The notes beneath the pieces are model-generated. The model had not been told where the DNA came from. It did not search any database and saw nothing but the letters and a program-made list of their open reading frames with translations. 64,000 nt of DNA, taken from positions 3,162,001 through 3,226,000 of the forward strand of contig NC_043001.1 in assembly GCF_006345805.1 (NCBI RefSeq). The letters are read 5' to 3'. This stretch comes from Octopus sinensis. Taxonomy: Eukaryota. Positions 24,298 to 37,098 of this stretch are shown here, in pieces. Position 1 is the stretch's first letter, and every line of letters begins with the position of its first letter. A program made the position numbers and the translations under genes.

Positions 24298-24630
24298 GTA
24301 GGAATGATTAAAAAAGGAACTGAAAATTACTTAAGAATGATCCCTGGCTTACCTTCCATGCAGGAAGTGCGAAAGATTGTCTTAACTGGTCACACATATT
24401 GAGAAGAGCGTTGGAGCTGTGAACTTTCTTTCCCCTTTTCCCCCTTTATTTTATTTGTGTTTTCCTTTTCTTTCTGTCGTTCTTCCCTTTTTTCTCTATC
24501 ACATGATTTTGTAAGTGAACAATCTGGTGTTTTTATCTTAATGGCCTACCAATGTATACAGTGCGTTTCTCTGCCCTAGGTGTCAGGAAGACACTTGGCA
24601 AGAAATGGAAACAGAATTGAAACAAGATGC
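24298..24630 (+). mobile_element. 3' fragment of an R4/Dong-like (RLE) non-LTR retrotransposon in (TAA)n
   Basis: GMIKKGTENYLRMIPGLPSMQEVRKIVLTG//HILRRALEL* resembles the R4/Dong C-terminus; immediately preceded by (AAT)n. Confidence 0.55.
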
Positions 24631-24944
24631 TAATGAGTATGATGATAATATTAACAACAATAATAATCCTTTCTATTATAGGCAAAAGGCCTGAAATTTT
24701 GGGGAGAGGGATGACATGGGACATGAACCAGGAATTTGCAAGTTATTGCTACATCGTTATTGTTACCATGTCAAGTACTTCCAGTCTTTTGAAAAATGTT
24801 GCTTTTGTCGTGTTCGATTTCTAGCAACACTCATCACCAATAGACAAGCCTTATGGTCGAGTAAGAATCGTTATTGATAGCTGTGTCGCGCGACAGTTTT
24901 CACTGTAGGCACCAGAAAACTCCCTCATATTTTACATGACCATC

Positions 24945-25295
24945 TTGATGCGACACTAGGGAAGCTGAGCAGGTGGTAATGGGACTTTCTTGTTGATAAA
25001 ATTCTGAGGATTCCAGTTGATCCAATCAACGGAACAGCCTGCTCGTGCAAATTTCTGAGCTCTCCATAGACACATGTATCTTTAATGTAGTTCTCAGGGA
25101 GATGCAGCGTCACACAGAGTGTAACAAGCCTGGCCCCTTGAAATACAGCTACAACTCGTTTTGCCTGCTGAAGGGACAGAAGCAACGTGAAATAATGTAT
25201 CTGGAAACGCATTTCAAGGACACTAAGCACCGCCTGAAATCGAACTCATGACCTTACGATCGTGAACTGAATACCCTAGCCACTAAGCAACGGGC
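24945..25295 (-). mobile_element. SINE family B
   Basis: Homologous to 2284-2630. Confidence 0.78.
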
Positions 25296-25551
25296 TTTTT
25301 CTAGTTACCGTCAAGTTCTTGCCAGTGTATATTGTATGGTAGTTGGTGAAGCGTCTATCAAAAAATGGTAGATCTAACGGTTTTTGTCATTCCTTGTATT
25401 AGACTACATTTTGCCTGAAACAACGGGCAGTCATTAAAGAAATAAACTTTTGTCCGTAAGAAAGAGATTCAATTGTCATTGATGGATTGAATTTGACCAG
25501 AGAAGTACTCATTTAGAACTAACAAACCTACGGCTGAAAAACCGGCAGTAA

Positions 25552-25778
25552 TATGACTTTAAAATTCTGGCATAAGGTCAGCCTTTTCGGTGGTGTGGGA
25601 AGGATGTCGGTCGTTTACGTTGACCCTCAGTAATAAGCTGGTACTTATTATATTAACACCGAAAGGATGAAATGCAAACTTAACTTCGGCCGAATTTGAA
25701 CTCGGCACGTAAAGGCTGACAAAATACGGCTAAGCATTTTGCTCGGCGTGCTAACGACTTTGCCAGCTCGCCGTCTTC
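25552..25778 (-). mobile_element. SINE family A monomer (diverged)
   Basis: ccgaaaggatgaaatgcaaac...gccagctcgccgtc. Confidence 0.7.
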
Positions 25779-25786
25779 GCGGCAGT

Positions 25787-26376
25787 AATATTCTTTTCTA
25801 CTCTAGGCACAAGACCCAAAATTGTTTTTGGAGGGGCAGTCGATTAGATCGATCCCAGAACGCAACTGGTACTTAATTTATCGACCTCGAAAGATAAAAG
25901 GTAATGGTGATCTCGGCGGAATTTGAACTCAGGAGGTCATAAAGATAGTCGAAATACCTATTTCTTTACTACCCACAAGGGGATAAACACAGAGAGGACA
26001 AACAAGGACAGACAAACGGATTAAGTCGATTACCTCGACCCCAGTGCATAACTGGTACTTATTTAATCGACCCCGAAAGGATGAAAGGCAAAGTCGACCT
26101 CGGTGGAATTTGAACTCAGAACGTAACGGCAGACGAAATACCTATTTCTTTACTACCCACAAGGGGCTAAACACAGAGAGAACAAACAAGGACAGAGAAA
26201 CGGATTAAGTCGATTACGTCGACTCCAGTGCGTAACTGGTACTTAATTTAAATACCCCAAAAAGATGAAAGGCAAAGTCGACCTCGGCGGAATTTGAACT
26301 CAGAACGTAGCGGCAGACGAAATACGGCTAAGCATTTCGCCTTGCGTGCTAACGTTTCTGTCAGCTCGTCGTCTTC
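25787..26376 (-). mobile_element. SINE family A trimeric array
   Basis: Reverse complement of the 20465-21052 architecture, with the same GAAATAG|GTATTTC junctions. Confidence 0.87.
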
Positions 26377-26896
26377 CCAGGCAGTAATAATATTACTTCA
26401 TTGTAAGCTGCTTCAATGAAGAACTTCTCTCATGAAATAAGAATTTACCAGCATTTATCAGTAGGTATTGGCATGATGTCCCCAAATAAGTTAATATCAT
26501 AAAAAACAGGGGATAATTCCCTCTGTACACACTGGATTGGTACCAGCAGGAAATAAAACAGAGTAATCTTGTAAAATAATAGATATTCTGTATTTGAAAG
26601 AAAGAAATCGTGTGTATTTCTGATATGTTTATCTGCCTGTTTCTTCTTATATCTCAATAACAGTAAAGTTACTGTTTCTTTCAAAAACTTTTATAATCTT
26701 CCACAAAACATCAAGATTTCATGTGTTGTATAATAGAGATATAAGTCCTTCGTTAGATTGTTTTACTGCTTCAACATTTCGCTTTTCTGAACAGTAGAGT
26801 TTCCCCCTCTTTTCATGCATACGAATATCTTTCTTCTAGTTATAATCCCATTTACTTCAATTCTCAACGTTTTCTTTTTGCTTTCAGTTCCATACA

Positions 26897-26924
26897 ATGA
26901 TTATTATTATTATTATTATTATTA

Positions 26925-26973
<49 letters not shown>

Positions 26974-26975
26974 TA
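26897..26975. repeat. (TTA)n microsatellite
   Basis: Read directly. Confidence 0.95.
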
Positions 26976-28474
26976 TATTCTCCATGTTTCGTTCTGCGAA
27001 AGAATAATACTTTCTATTCAATGTTTACAAGTCATTTATCATAGCGCTTGCATGAATGGTAGGACTACATTTTTTTGATAGATCGTTAACAAAATAAATC
27101 AAATTTTGAAGAAAATGCTAACCTTTTATGCAATACTGACATAGTCTGGCGATTTAATAACATGTTTCAAAGCATGATTCTTTCAATTTTTAAACATTTC
27201 TGTGTAAGATAAAGTTTTTCTGCCTTTTTTTTCTTTTTTGTTTTTTTTTTGAGTAACAGCCGGTCATGTGTTAATCATATTTGGAATAGTAAGAAATCAT
27301 ATCAGTGCGATAAAATAAATTATTTATTTTGTATCTTTCTAACTTGTAAAGGTTATCTTATTCAGATGTATGGATAGTGCCATCGTATTTTTAGACAATA
27401 AATATGTATTGGCAGGTATTTGGTATAATCTTTGACATCTAATTCCAGATAATTTTCTAATTTCCTTCATCACAGAGCTCATTATATTAACGAGGAAAAA
27501 AAGTCAGTGGTGTTTATTAAAACTATAGGAAAAAATGTTCGACAACATGGTTTATCTGTATCTGTCATCATCTTCACCGCCGCCGCCGCCGCCGCCGTCG
27601 TCGTCGTCGTCATCATCATCGTCATCATCTTTTAGCTATAAACTTTTCCATGCTGCACTGAGACAGACGTTGTACGGATGGATAGCTTTCATGTTGTCAC
27701 TATTCACCCGTTTCCAAGTAAGGTGTTATTTCTTCACGGCCAGGCAAGTTTTCGTGGAAGACTGAAAATAAGAGACTCCACATGTGTGACAGCCTGGCTC
27801 CATTATAACTATGCCTTGATGTGAGGACGAGTGAAGGAGATATATATATGCACATACAAACATGTAGATATACATATATACATAAAAACTTACATACATA
27901 TATACATGCATATACACATGAGTGAGTGTGCAAATAAAAGAGAGTAGCACTCAATACATTTGGTAAAAGCTACATATATTTATAATAATAGATTGACTGA
28001 GCTTCACATAGGTTGAAGTTTCGTGCATGAGTACGAGTGGTTCATCTCATCAGATGTTAGGAACAGAGTGGAGTACTGAGAGAAAATCAAGATGGCTTTT
28101 AGGTCCTTAGGTTTCCATTGCTTGGCTCACGCCATGCAGTATCACTGTATCAGGTTACGGCATAATGGACTCAGCGACATCATTTCTTTAAAATGGATGT
28201 TCAGCGACATCAGTTCTTTGTATAGTGTATTGCACATAGGGAGATGCGATGTTGGTACAAGTCAGAAGAAGCTCACTAATAAAGCCAATGGGTACAAGCA
28301 TATTGGCGGCAGCAGTTTTTAATCGAAAGTAACAAAATTTGACGACGGTGAGTTTAGATTGAGGTTGCACAGTCAACATGGATGAGTTGTTTTCTATATG
28401 GGCAGCAGGGATTAAATACGCTAACTTTGTGTGTATATACATAGTTTATCTAATTTAGTGATTTTTGAATAATA

Positions 28475-28986
28475 TCTATATATATATAACTGTAGTTGTG
28501 TGAGTGTCTGTCCCCTTCGATTTAGATTCCTAACTACTCCCACATTTTGCGGTGCAGTTTAACCAAATTCGGGTATCTTATAGTCGTGATTCATATCGAG
28601 CCCGTCTGGATATTAGCGCGCGTCTACAATAAGTCTACGATTTTAAAAATAATTTAACATAATTTTTTATTCCATTTTAATGCATAATTTTTCGTGTGTC
28701 GATGGCGGCGGAGTTGGCGTCCACGCTCGCATCTGCACCTGTTTGCTTCTCCCCCTTCTTCCCTCCCTCGTGAAGCTGTGGGGAAGGGAGTGTAAGGAAA
28801 TCAACGTCGTAAAGCGTTGTCAAGGAGACCAGCGTTCTTTTAGAACAACGACTTCATGGCTTGAAGACACCAAAACATAAATGGCTAAGAAAGCCCGAAT
28901 TGGCATCTATAAGGGAAGTAACTCTCTAAAATGCTTATATAGTTATTTCCCTTACAAACCCGAGCAACGCCGGGCGATACTGCTAG
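28475..28986 (+). mobile_element. Non-autonomous Helitron-type element (copy 2)
   Basis: A|TC at 28475, hairpin CCCG-AGCAACGC-CGGG at 28959-28974, CTAG|T at 28983-28986. Ends shared with 17541-17936. Confidence 0.87.
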
Positions 28987-29167
28987 TTTATTATAATATA
29001 TTAAAATTTTTTCTATTTGATTTGATATGGATATCTTTCATTATTGAATTGCTTAATAGAGGTTATTTCTCTTAATTATACACACACACACACACGCACA
29101 TACACACACACAAACACACACACACACATATTATCCGATGTGTACAGTATTATATATCCATTACAGG

Positions 29168-29254
29168 TGAACTTACTAATTGGTTTCACGCTAGGGGTAC
29201 AATGGAGTATTCGGTAACAATCCGAGTATATAACGCTACACTCATCAGAGGCAG
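29168..29254 (-). ncRNA. Decayed hammerhead motif 3' of a Penelope ORF
   Basis: Minus strand: CTGATGA (29242-29248)...GAAAC-CAATTA-GTA; stems I and II are degenerate. Confidence 0.4.
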
Positions 29255-29582
29255 CCGATACGAAATGAAATATGGTGACTGCTCTCTATTGTTGGAGCTG
29301 AAAGGACATATCCGGTTTGTGTTTGCTGTGTAGAAATGATGAAATGAACCGAGTAGCGGATTTAATTAAGAGTTATGTCCCTTGGTACCGAGGCATCACC
29401 ACTGGGCTGGTTATGCTGTAAGTCGGTAAGAGCTATCATGAAGTGTTTGTGAGAACTGTGTGCGTCTTTCAGGTTGGTGTTCTCGTGGAAATGGGATATT
29501 TGTATGTGGGTGCGTTGGTGAATGTTCTGCTGGATTCCTGAGTATTGGTGGGGAACCGAGGCTAGGGGACTGGTGATTGTAG

Positions 29583-30098
29583 TCATGATAGGGCACGCAG
29601 GCATGATAGGAGAAACTTCCTTTCATGTGGGCAAGGGTTAAGCACATCGCTTCTGCTATTCAGATAAACACATGGCTGCTGGGTGCTCTTTAAAATCACT
29701 CTTTCCTCAGCCAGGCGTAATCTGCACTTCCTGCTGTTATTGAAGTACGGATTACATTTCTCCAAGACCTTCCACTCTATTTTGTACTCGGTGGCGCTTT
29801 CTCTCAAAGACCAAACGTGCTTGGCTACGGTTTTGGTATTACCTCTCTGCGGGATGTTAAAGGAGAACTTGTGGTTGATTAAGCGGGTTCTGAAGGGGCC
29901 TTCAGTTGTTCCTTCATACTTTCGCATGTTTGGTTGCCCATTTTGTCCTATGGTTGTTACCTCTGCTTCATATAGGACGGTCTCCATGTTACAGTGGCCG
30001 TTCAATGGACATGTTGTGTTACTCCTACATGAGCATCCTGCCCCTGTCTTAGGTGTGGGCCTATTTACTAAGATCTTTTTTACATTAGGTACACAGCT
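29583..30098 (-). pseudogene. Penelope-like element GIY-YIG endonuclease fragment
   Basis: Open frame SCVPNVKKIL...CSCRSNTTCPLNGHC..VLYEAEV..KYEGTTEGPFRTRLINHKFSF..AKHVWSLRE..IEWKVL..CRLRLAEE..LNSRSDVLNPCPHERKFLL matches PLE C-terminal CCHH/GIY-YIG-type domains. Confidence 0.85.
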
Positions 30099-31029
30099 AA
30101 TACATATAAATGTATGTGTGTGTGTGCGTGTATGTGTGTCAGTTTATGTATGTGTTCACTATTATATATCTGGGCCACTGAAATATTTATGGGTGGATTT
30201 GTCTGGCAGAAATTGAAAAAAAGAAAGCTCGTTGTGTATGCGTGTATGCGCGTGTGAGTACCTGTGTGAGTGAGTGTGAGTTTGTCTCTCCTTGTCTTGT
30301 CACGAGGGATAGTTGCGAATTGTCATAGCAATGGTGTCAATTATTTCCAAAATTCTGCAAAAAGAATTCTGGTCATGGTAAAATATGACCTTTCTTGGAA
30401 ACATGAGAGGGTTGGTGATATGGAGGTCATCAGGTCATTGAAATTCTGGATTCATAAACCCTGACCAACCAATGGAAAATTAGGGTTCAAACGACGATGA
30501 TGATCCAGATGATGTTGTCACGAGGTATTTAATTTTGCAGAATGGATCAATGGATCAGTAGATTATATAAACCCAAACTACTTGCCTTTAATATTTTACT
30601 TCATTGACACTGGAAGGATGAAAAGAAAATACTAAAAAATACTAAAAAAAAAAGCAAAACAAAAGCAAGAAAAATGTTTGAATATCACCATCTTACTTCA
30701 TCTGATATGAATATCGCTGACATCTTTGTGTTGCAGTGTTTCCTTCTACTTGCTAAGATGACACAGTTTTTCTTTTTTCTTTTTTACGATTTTGTTTTTT
30801 TGTTATCAATGGACTTGTTAAAAAAGATTCCAATTTGCTGTCAACTTATAATTTGAAACCTATTTAAGCTAACACAGTGTGGAGTTTCACTTTGCAACTG
30901 ACTGGAGATATTCCCTATGTTTCGACTCTGTTTAGCTGTCACTCATTTCTTTTATATGCGTTAAAATATTCCTTATTAATATTCCAAGTCTATTTTTCTA
31001 GTCAGATAGCGTACTCTTGCAAAACCGAA

Positions 31030-31313
31030 CATACACACACACACACACACACACATACACACACATGTAAGTATATATATATGCGTGTGTATACATATAT
31101 ATGCAAAGATATATGTACATATATATGTGTGAATGTATATATATATATATATATATAAATGCATCTGTCAATATATGTATATGCATGTGCATATATATAT
31201 GTGTATGTATATATATATGTTTATATACATATGTATATATATAAGTATATATAAATATATATATATATGTTTATATATATATATATGTATGTATATATAT
31301 ATATGTATATATG

Positions 31314-31345
<32 letters not shown>

Positions 31346-31360
31346 GCATGCATATACACA
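31030..31360. repeat. CA/TA microsatellite field
   Basis: Read directly. Confidence 0.9.
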
Positions 31361-32061
31361 CATATTGAGAGAAAAGGGAAAACAGTGAGGAACAAAAAAA
31401 AAAACAGACATAGAAGCCCCCCCCCCGAATCTAAATATACCGGTTTGTGTTATGTATTTCTTGTTTAACCTAGGTTGTGTTGATCTTACACGAGATTCAA
31501 TACTTACATGTAAATATTTCCATGAGTTTTATTTATTGCACGAACGGCGATGTGTCAATGTATCATTATATAGGAATGAAATGTTAAAAGAAAATTTCTA
31601 TAGAATAGCAGTGTGCATTTTTGAAGAAGTTCAATGTAGCTGAATGCCACTACTTAGGAAATGATATATATATTTGGATATATATGTATTTGTGCGTATG
31701 TGATTGTGTAAATATACGCACGTATAGACACACATATATAATACATATATAGTGTATGTATGTCTACATACACTATGTATATCTATATGCCTATATAAAG
31801 TTTTATAAAACAAGAAGATGGAATGAACAAAGTTTAATCGCAAATCACTACAATTGTTTCTGTGCATAGATAACGACTGTTGTTGAGTCTTCTATAACAT
31901 GCTATCTTATAGGTATTATATTAATAAATGTGATAAAGCAGTAGGTGTGTATCAGTATGTTATGAAGTCACTGGCTTTAAGAGCACTATTTGTTTGTGTG
32001 TGTGTCTCTCTCTCCAAGCCTCATACCAACATAATGACAAAAGTAAAGCTACGAATGGAAT

Positions 32062-32560
32062 TTGAAAGATAACGAAACGACACATGTGATTAAGTGGAAA
32101 GCAGTTGAGAAATCTATACCTTATGTGAATGGATCGAATGAATGTAGGCTTTGTTTAGCGGAAAGAGCACAGATCCTGTTCAGATCTAAGTTCCCTAACG
32201 TTCTAGTGAACCCTAGGTCAGAAATGTTCAATGGTTGCAAACTAACGTATAAATATATTTCAAAAATTGGTATAAAGTCCACCGATTCTTGATTGATTTG
32301 TTGCTATCTTTCCAGCCTTCTAACATAAGGTCTAAGGAGGATAGCTCTTTTACCTTTTTATTTTTCATTTTTTCATTTTATTTTCGTGTTTTCGTTTTCC
32401 ATTTTTTACTTCCTGCGTTTTCTATATGTTGCCTTCTCGGTTTTTTCGCATTTCTTCTATTATTCAACATCTTTTAGTTCTTTATGATATGTGGTTTGTG
32501 CATGAAGAATATGTTTGAATATTTCTCAACATATGAGACTATTAGCGGCACTCAATGACA
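32062..32560 (+). mobile_element. Penelope-like 3' fragment (GIY-YIG C-terminus + 3' repeat)
   Basis: IKWKAVEKSIPYVNGSNECRLCLAERAQIL...VNPRSEMFNGC; decayed hammerhead-like motif at 32497-32551 (stem II ATATGTT/AACATAT). Confidence 0.75.
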
Positions 32561-32734
32561 TGTATTATAACCTTTAAATAAATAATATATGCGTGTGTGT
32601 GTTTATATATATATATATAAACATGAATTCGTGCATATATATGAACAGGAATATGTATATAGATATTGGCGATCTTTTTCCTCCTTTTCTATTGGACTTC
32701 CTTTTCTTTTTCTATAGGATTATCCTGTCTCCTA

Positions 32735-32767
32735 TTTCTGAAAAAGAGCTTTGCTCGAAACGTAAAA
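32735..32767 (+). ncRNA. Minimal hammerhead motif with core G8>A
   Basis: TTT-CTGAAAA-A-GAGC-TTT-GCTC-GAAAC-GTA-AAA; ACGT palindrome. Confidence 0.5.
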
Positions 32768-35034
32768 CCACCTTCTTCCCATTCCTGAGCATCTACTAAT
32801 ACTTTACGTGTAATACGTCCTCACGTTGTTGCTTTTTTTGTGTTTGTTCTTCGTTTTTTTAAATTTATTTCATATGTGTATATATATATATATATATATT
32901 CATATGTATTACGTCTATATATTCGTTTTGCAAGTGAAATCGTGTGTTGAAACAGATATTGTTGTATTTAGGAAGGGTCATGTTGCCAGTTTTGCCAATA
33001 AAAGCGCATGCACTATATATTTGGTGTTACTTTGCTTCAGCTTTATTTTATTTTTTAATATTAATCGTACTTCGGCCAGAGTGTTTTCGTCACACTTTGT
33101 ACTGTGTGCATTAAATTATACATTAAACTATCAGTAACCATTAGTAGCTCGTATGTCTATTTATCAGTGACTATTGATTGCAATGCTTTCTAGCCAACTA
33201 TGCATATAAGAAGACGTTTCGTGAGGCGAATATTATTAATTTCTTCAAACCTCGTATATCACTGGTACTTTTATCAACTCTAAGAAAACAAAAAAAAACA
33301 AACAAACGAGAAGGAAGTTGACTTCAGTTGAATTTGAACTCAGAAGATATAGCTTAGTTTCTGACTCAAGTACAAGGCGCCACAGTTTGAGAAAGAAAAG
33401 TGTTGTAGATTACATCATCCCCAATAGTTCACTGGTACTTTCTGGTAGTTTGTTTTGTTGAAAACAAGAATAATGAAAATCAAAGCTGACACAGCAATTC
33501 AGAAACATGAAGGAATATTTCGAAAGAGCACAATGAAAGCCATCAACTGCTCCACTGCTTCTGCTAACCAATGCTGACCATAATAAAAGGTTCTATACAT
33601 TCATTGATTAACAAACTAATAAAATCTTGCGATGATTCCACCATAGTCATGTTTTCAATAGTTATCGTGGATTCCTTCATAGATGAGTAACTATCCACCT
33701 GGTATTCAATGTCGAAGTGTGATCAGATTAATGAAGCATGTTCTTCGGTAATTATCACTCACAGAGTTTCTAATAAGAATTACGGCCCCAGAACAAATGG
33801 TAACGCTTTGTCAGATGATTGCAAAGACGGCTTCATTAAACCTATAGAAATACTTGATTTTTCTAGTGCTCGTTAATGAAACACCTATTAGATTACGAGT
33901 AGGAGAAAGAGTCTCCATATGGCTTCCCAGTTCGCTAGAAATAACAGTTAAACCTTCCTTGAACCACATCCTATCTATGAGTAAAGAAATTATATGTTGC
34001 GTAATAGTAGAATTCTAGACATATCATCCCACGTTATAAGACCATAACGTTTTAATGGAATTGTAGATGTCATGGTTGTGACATGCGGCGGCATGTCACA
34101 GACAGTTTCAGACCTGCTGGAACGCAACCCGTTCCTCATCTGGCCACAGTCAATTTCTTCTGCCAAATGCGAAAGAAAGAAAATACAAAGAAGGTGAATA
34201 AGAACTGATTCCATTGTAAGACCGATACTTTGTTTACCCCGAAAGTAGTGAAGCAGAAAGCCGGAGTGATTCACACAAAGTAATCTATCCAATGCGCTGA
34301 CGACGACGCTTCCAGTTGGCCACCTGTAATTCTAATATGTATTGTATATTAAATACAGATGTGATTGTCATGGCTGGATTGTCGCGCCTTCCTACTTACA
34401 TATTTTGTACTTAATATATTTAATATAGTTGATGTTCCTAAATTGTTTATCCCAATAATTGCTTCTACATACATACATATATACATCCACACACACAAAC
34501 ACATACGCATATATATGTATATACACACACGTATCAGTATAGAAAACTCGAAAGAGGGCAGCCGTGTCGAACTCCCTTCTTCTCCAAAAGCTAATCGCAT
34601 AAAATTGGCTATTGAATATTTGATTACATTTGTCTTGCTCCAGCATGGCCGCAGCCCAAGGAATGAAACACACAAATGTATAAAAGAATATATAATCTAA
34701 TGTGCACAGTATAAAGATTTGAGCTTCTAATAGTTTCTTGCTATGAAAACACTTGTCTTGGTAAGATTTTATAACACGCCTTGTGTCTCCAGTCAATCTC
34801 CAGGCTCTCAGCACAAGGTCTGTTAAATGTGAAGTTAAGGAAACTTATACATGAGAAATTTTGAGATAAAACAAAAGCAAATTTGATGCAAAAATTTGAA
34901 CGTTGAATAAAAACGGGAAAAGAAAGAAAATGAGAATTATGTCCCATTTAACCGTAAAACTTATAAACCAATTGACTGTTTTTAGAATAATTTAACGTAG
35001 TGGGGTCCAAATCTACGAGACGGCTGCTGAATCC

Positions 35035-35152
35035 GGAGAGGGTGGTGTCCACCAGTTCGCCGAAAGTAATTTGTTCACGGATCCGAAATTGTCAGCAAAT
35101 GCAAGCAAATGGACTAATTTCTTTTGGCGAACTTGAGGACACCAGCCTCTCC
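35035..35152. repeat. 118-nt hairpin (43-bp arms, no indels)
   Basis: 36 Watson-Crick pairs, 2 G-U pairs and 5 mismatches between 35035-35077 and 35110-35152. Confidence 0.85.
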
Positions 35153-36799
35153 TAGACACATGTTTCTTCAGCAAAAAACTATTAGCAGGTTCTATTCTTA
35201 TATTACGTACATTAAATGATATTCATGTCTCGCTGGATTGACTACTTATTTGGTGATCTTACCCTAAGTAAGCAAGAAACTATATGCATACATATGCAAT
35301 ACAATATCGATATATTATAAACAATAAATTAATATTAAAGAATTGCATAACTAAATATATTACATATAGGCATCATGTTTAAAATAGAAAAAGCGGTGTG
35401 TTATAGGTAAAAGGAATTTTTATATCATAACCAGGGAAAATAATACAAATACAAATAGCTGATATTTAAAAGTATAACACTTTTCTATTTTGATTTAATA
35501 TTTAGATTACATCATTTAGATTTATTTCGATGAATAGTACAAAGACAATTTATCAGAAAATAATTAAAGGAATTAGGATCCTAATGCATCGAGAATTTAG
35601 AATGGGTTAAATGTATTGAAGAGCTCAACGAATAGCAAAGTTGGATTCGTAGGCTATGATTGCATTGTGAATTTAAATACTTTTTAGCTTGACTATGGAT
35701 TCTATTTCTACATATAAATTACGGTTATTTTTCATTCATAGCTTTTAAGTAAATGTTCAACAGAATTTATTTTAGATTTTTAATTCTTTTAATACCTGTA
35801 TTTCAGCTAGAATTGTATAATGTATCTATGAATCGGATGCCAGTTGAAGCTTAGAAACACCTGTCTTTGCCTACATGAATATCTCGTCTGCCTCAACCAA
35901 TCAAATTCATCTCAATTTGTGTTTCCCTATATTTTTAATCCGTTTCTCTCCACTTATTCAACGCAGAGAAGTCCTTGTCTCTCCATTTATTATAGCTATG
36001 CGTTGGTAACAGACAGTAAGTAAAGTGTATAGGTTATAGGGCGAATTCCTTGTGGCCCCAAGACATCTTCTGACGAGATGGAAGGTTTTCCAGCATTGCA
36101 AGGGATTTAGAAAAGATTGCAGAACCTGAGAGCAGCTCCTGCAGTTTCAGCGGGGGAGGGGGGAGTTGGGTAAAATCCATCTCTGATGTTTATTTTCCCT
36201 ATAAATAACTTCATGAATCAATTGTTTTCCCTCTCTGCTAGTTTATTGTTGTCTAAATTTTCCCAATTCGCTATATATATATATATATATATTTGATATG
36301 TACCTCATTTAGTTGTAAGTTTATTGGTTGTATTTGCTCCGCACTAAACTAAAATTACAAAATTTAAGCGTTTATCATATAATACACCACGGACTACAGA
36401 AATAAAATCCAGTGTATTGTCTCTTTGGCTAATAGCTTCTACTACATACTTCAAAGCATTGAATGAGTCTGGATCGGATCATTGAGAAGAGGATTTGTAA
36501 ATAACAAAGTCCCATTATGTTGGTGAAGTGAACGACTTTTTAGAGATAAGAGATGCCATTTGTGTCATTAACTCTTTTTACTCTTCTTTCAAATCAGTCA
36601 TAATAAATGCCCTTAACACTTATACCTACGGTTTCTGTAGCTTTGCACAGCTATTCTCTGATGTCAATTTTCTAAACGTCTCAATCAAACAATTCCGAAT
36701 GGCCAGCCCACTTGCATAGCCCACTTGCATAGTTGAATTAGCTGTATATTGGCTTTTTAGACGCCATGTCATACATTAATATAGCATCGAACTATTATT

Positions 36800-37098
36800 T
36801 ACTTGTTTGTTCCTTCTCGAGCCATGCCGGGTTCATAAGGGTCGGTTTCCCGGTTTCCTTGGCGTATAGGATCTCCACCTGGACGGGACGCCGGTCCGTC
36901 GCAGGTGAGCTGCTAGATGCAGGAGGAAAGAGTGAGAGAAAGTTGTGGCGAAAGATTCAGCAGAAGTTCGCCATTACCTTCTGCCGGAACCGCGTGGAGC
37001 TTAGGTGTTTGACTCATAAACACGCACATCGCCCGGTCTGAGATTCGAACCCGCGATCCCGAGTCCGCTGCTCTAACCACTAGGCCATGTTCCTCCAC
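36800..37098 (-). mobile_element. tRNA-derived SINE with a V-domain-like body
   Basis: A box TGGCCTAGTGG, B box GGTTCGAATC; body CCTGCGACGGACCGGCGTCCCGTCCAGG resembles the V-SINE domain (from memory). Confidence 0.7.

Noticed and set aside
27993-28056. Minus-strand CTGATGA...GAAAC motif
   Set aside because: Stem II needs a 3-nt bulge and stem I and the NUH site do not fit; at most a very decayed copy, so not listed as a feature.
29683-30216. 177-aa plus-strand ORF
   Set aside because: Antisense shadow of the Penelope endonuclease frame.
37020-37098. tRNA gene (also 2560-2630)
   Set aside because: A and B boxes are present but the sequence runs into SINE bodies and gives no convincing cloverleaf; these are SINE heads.
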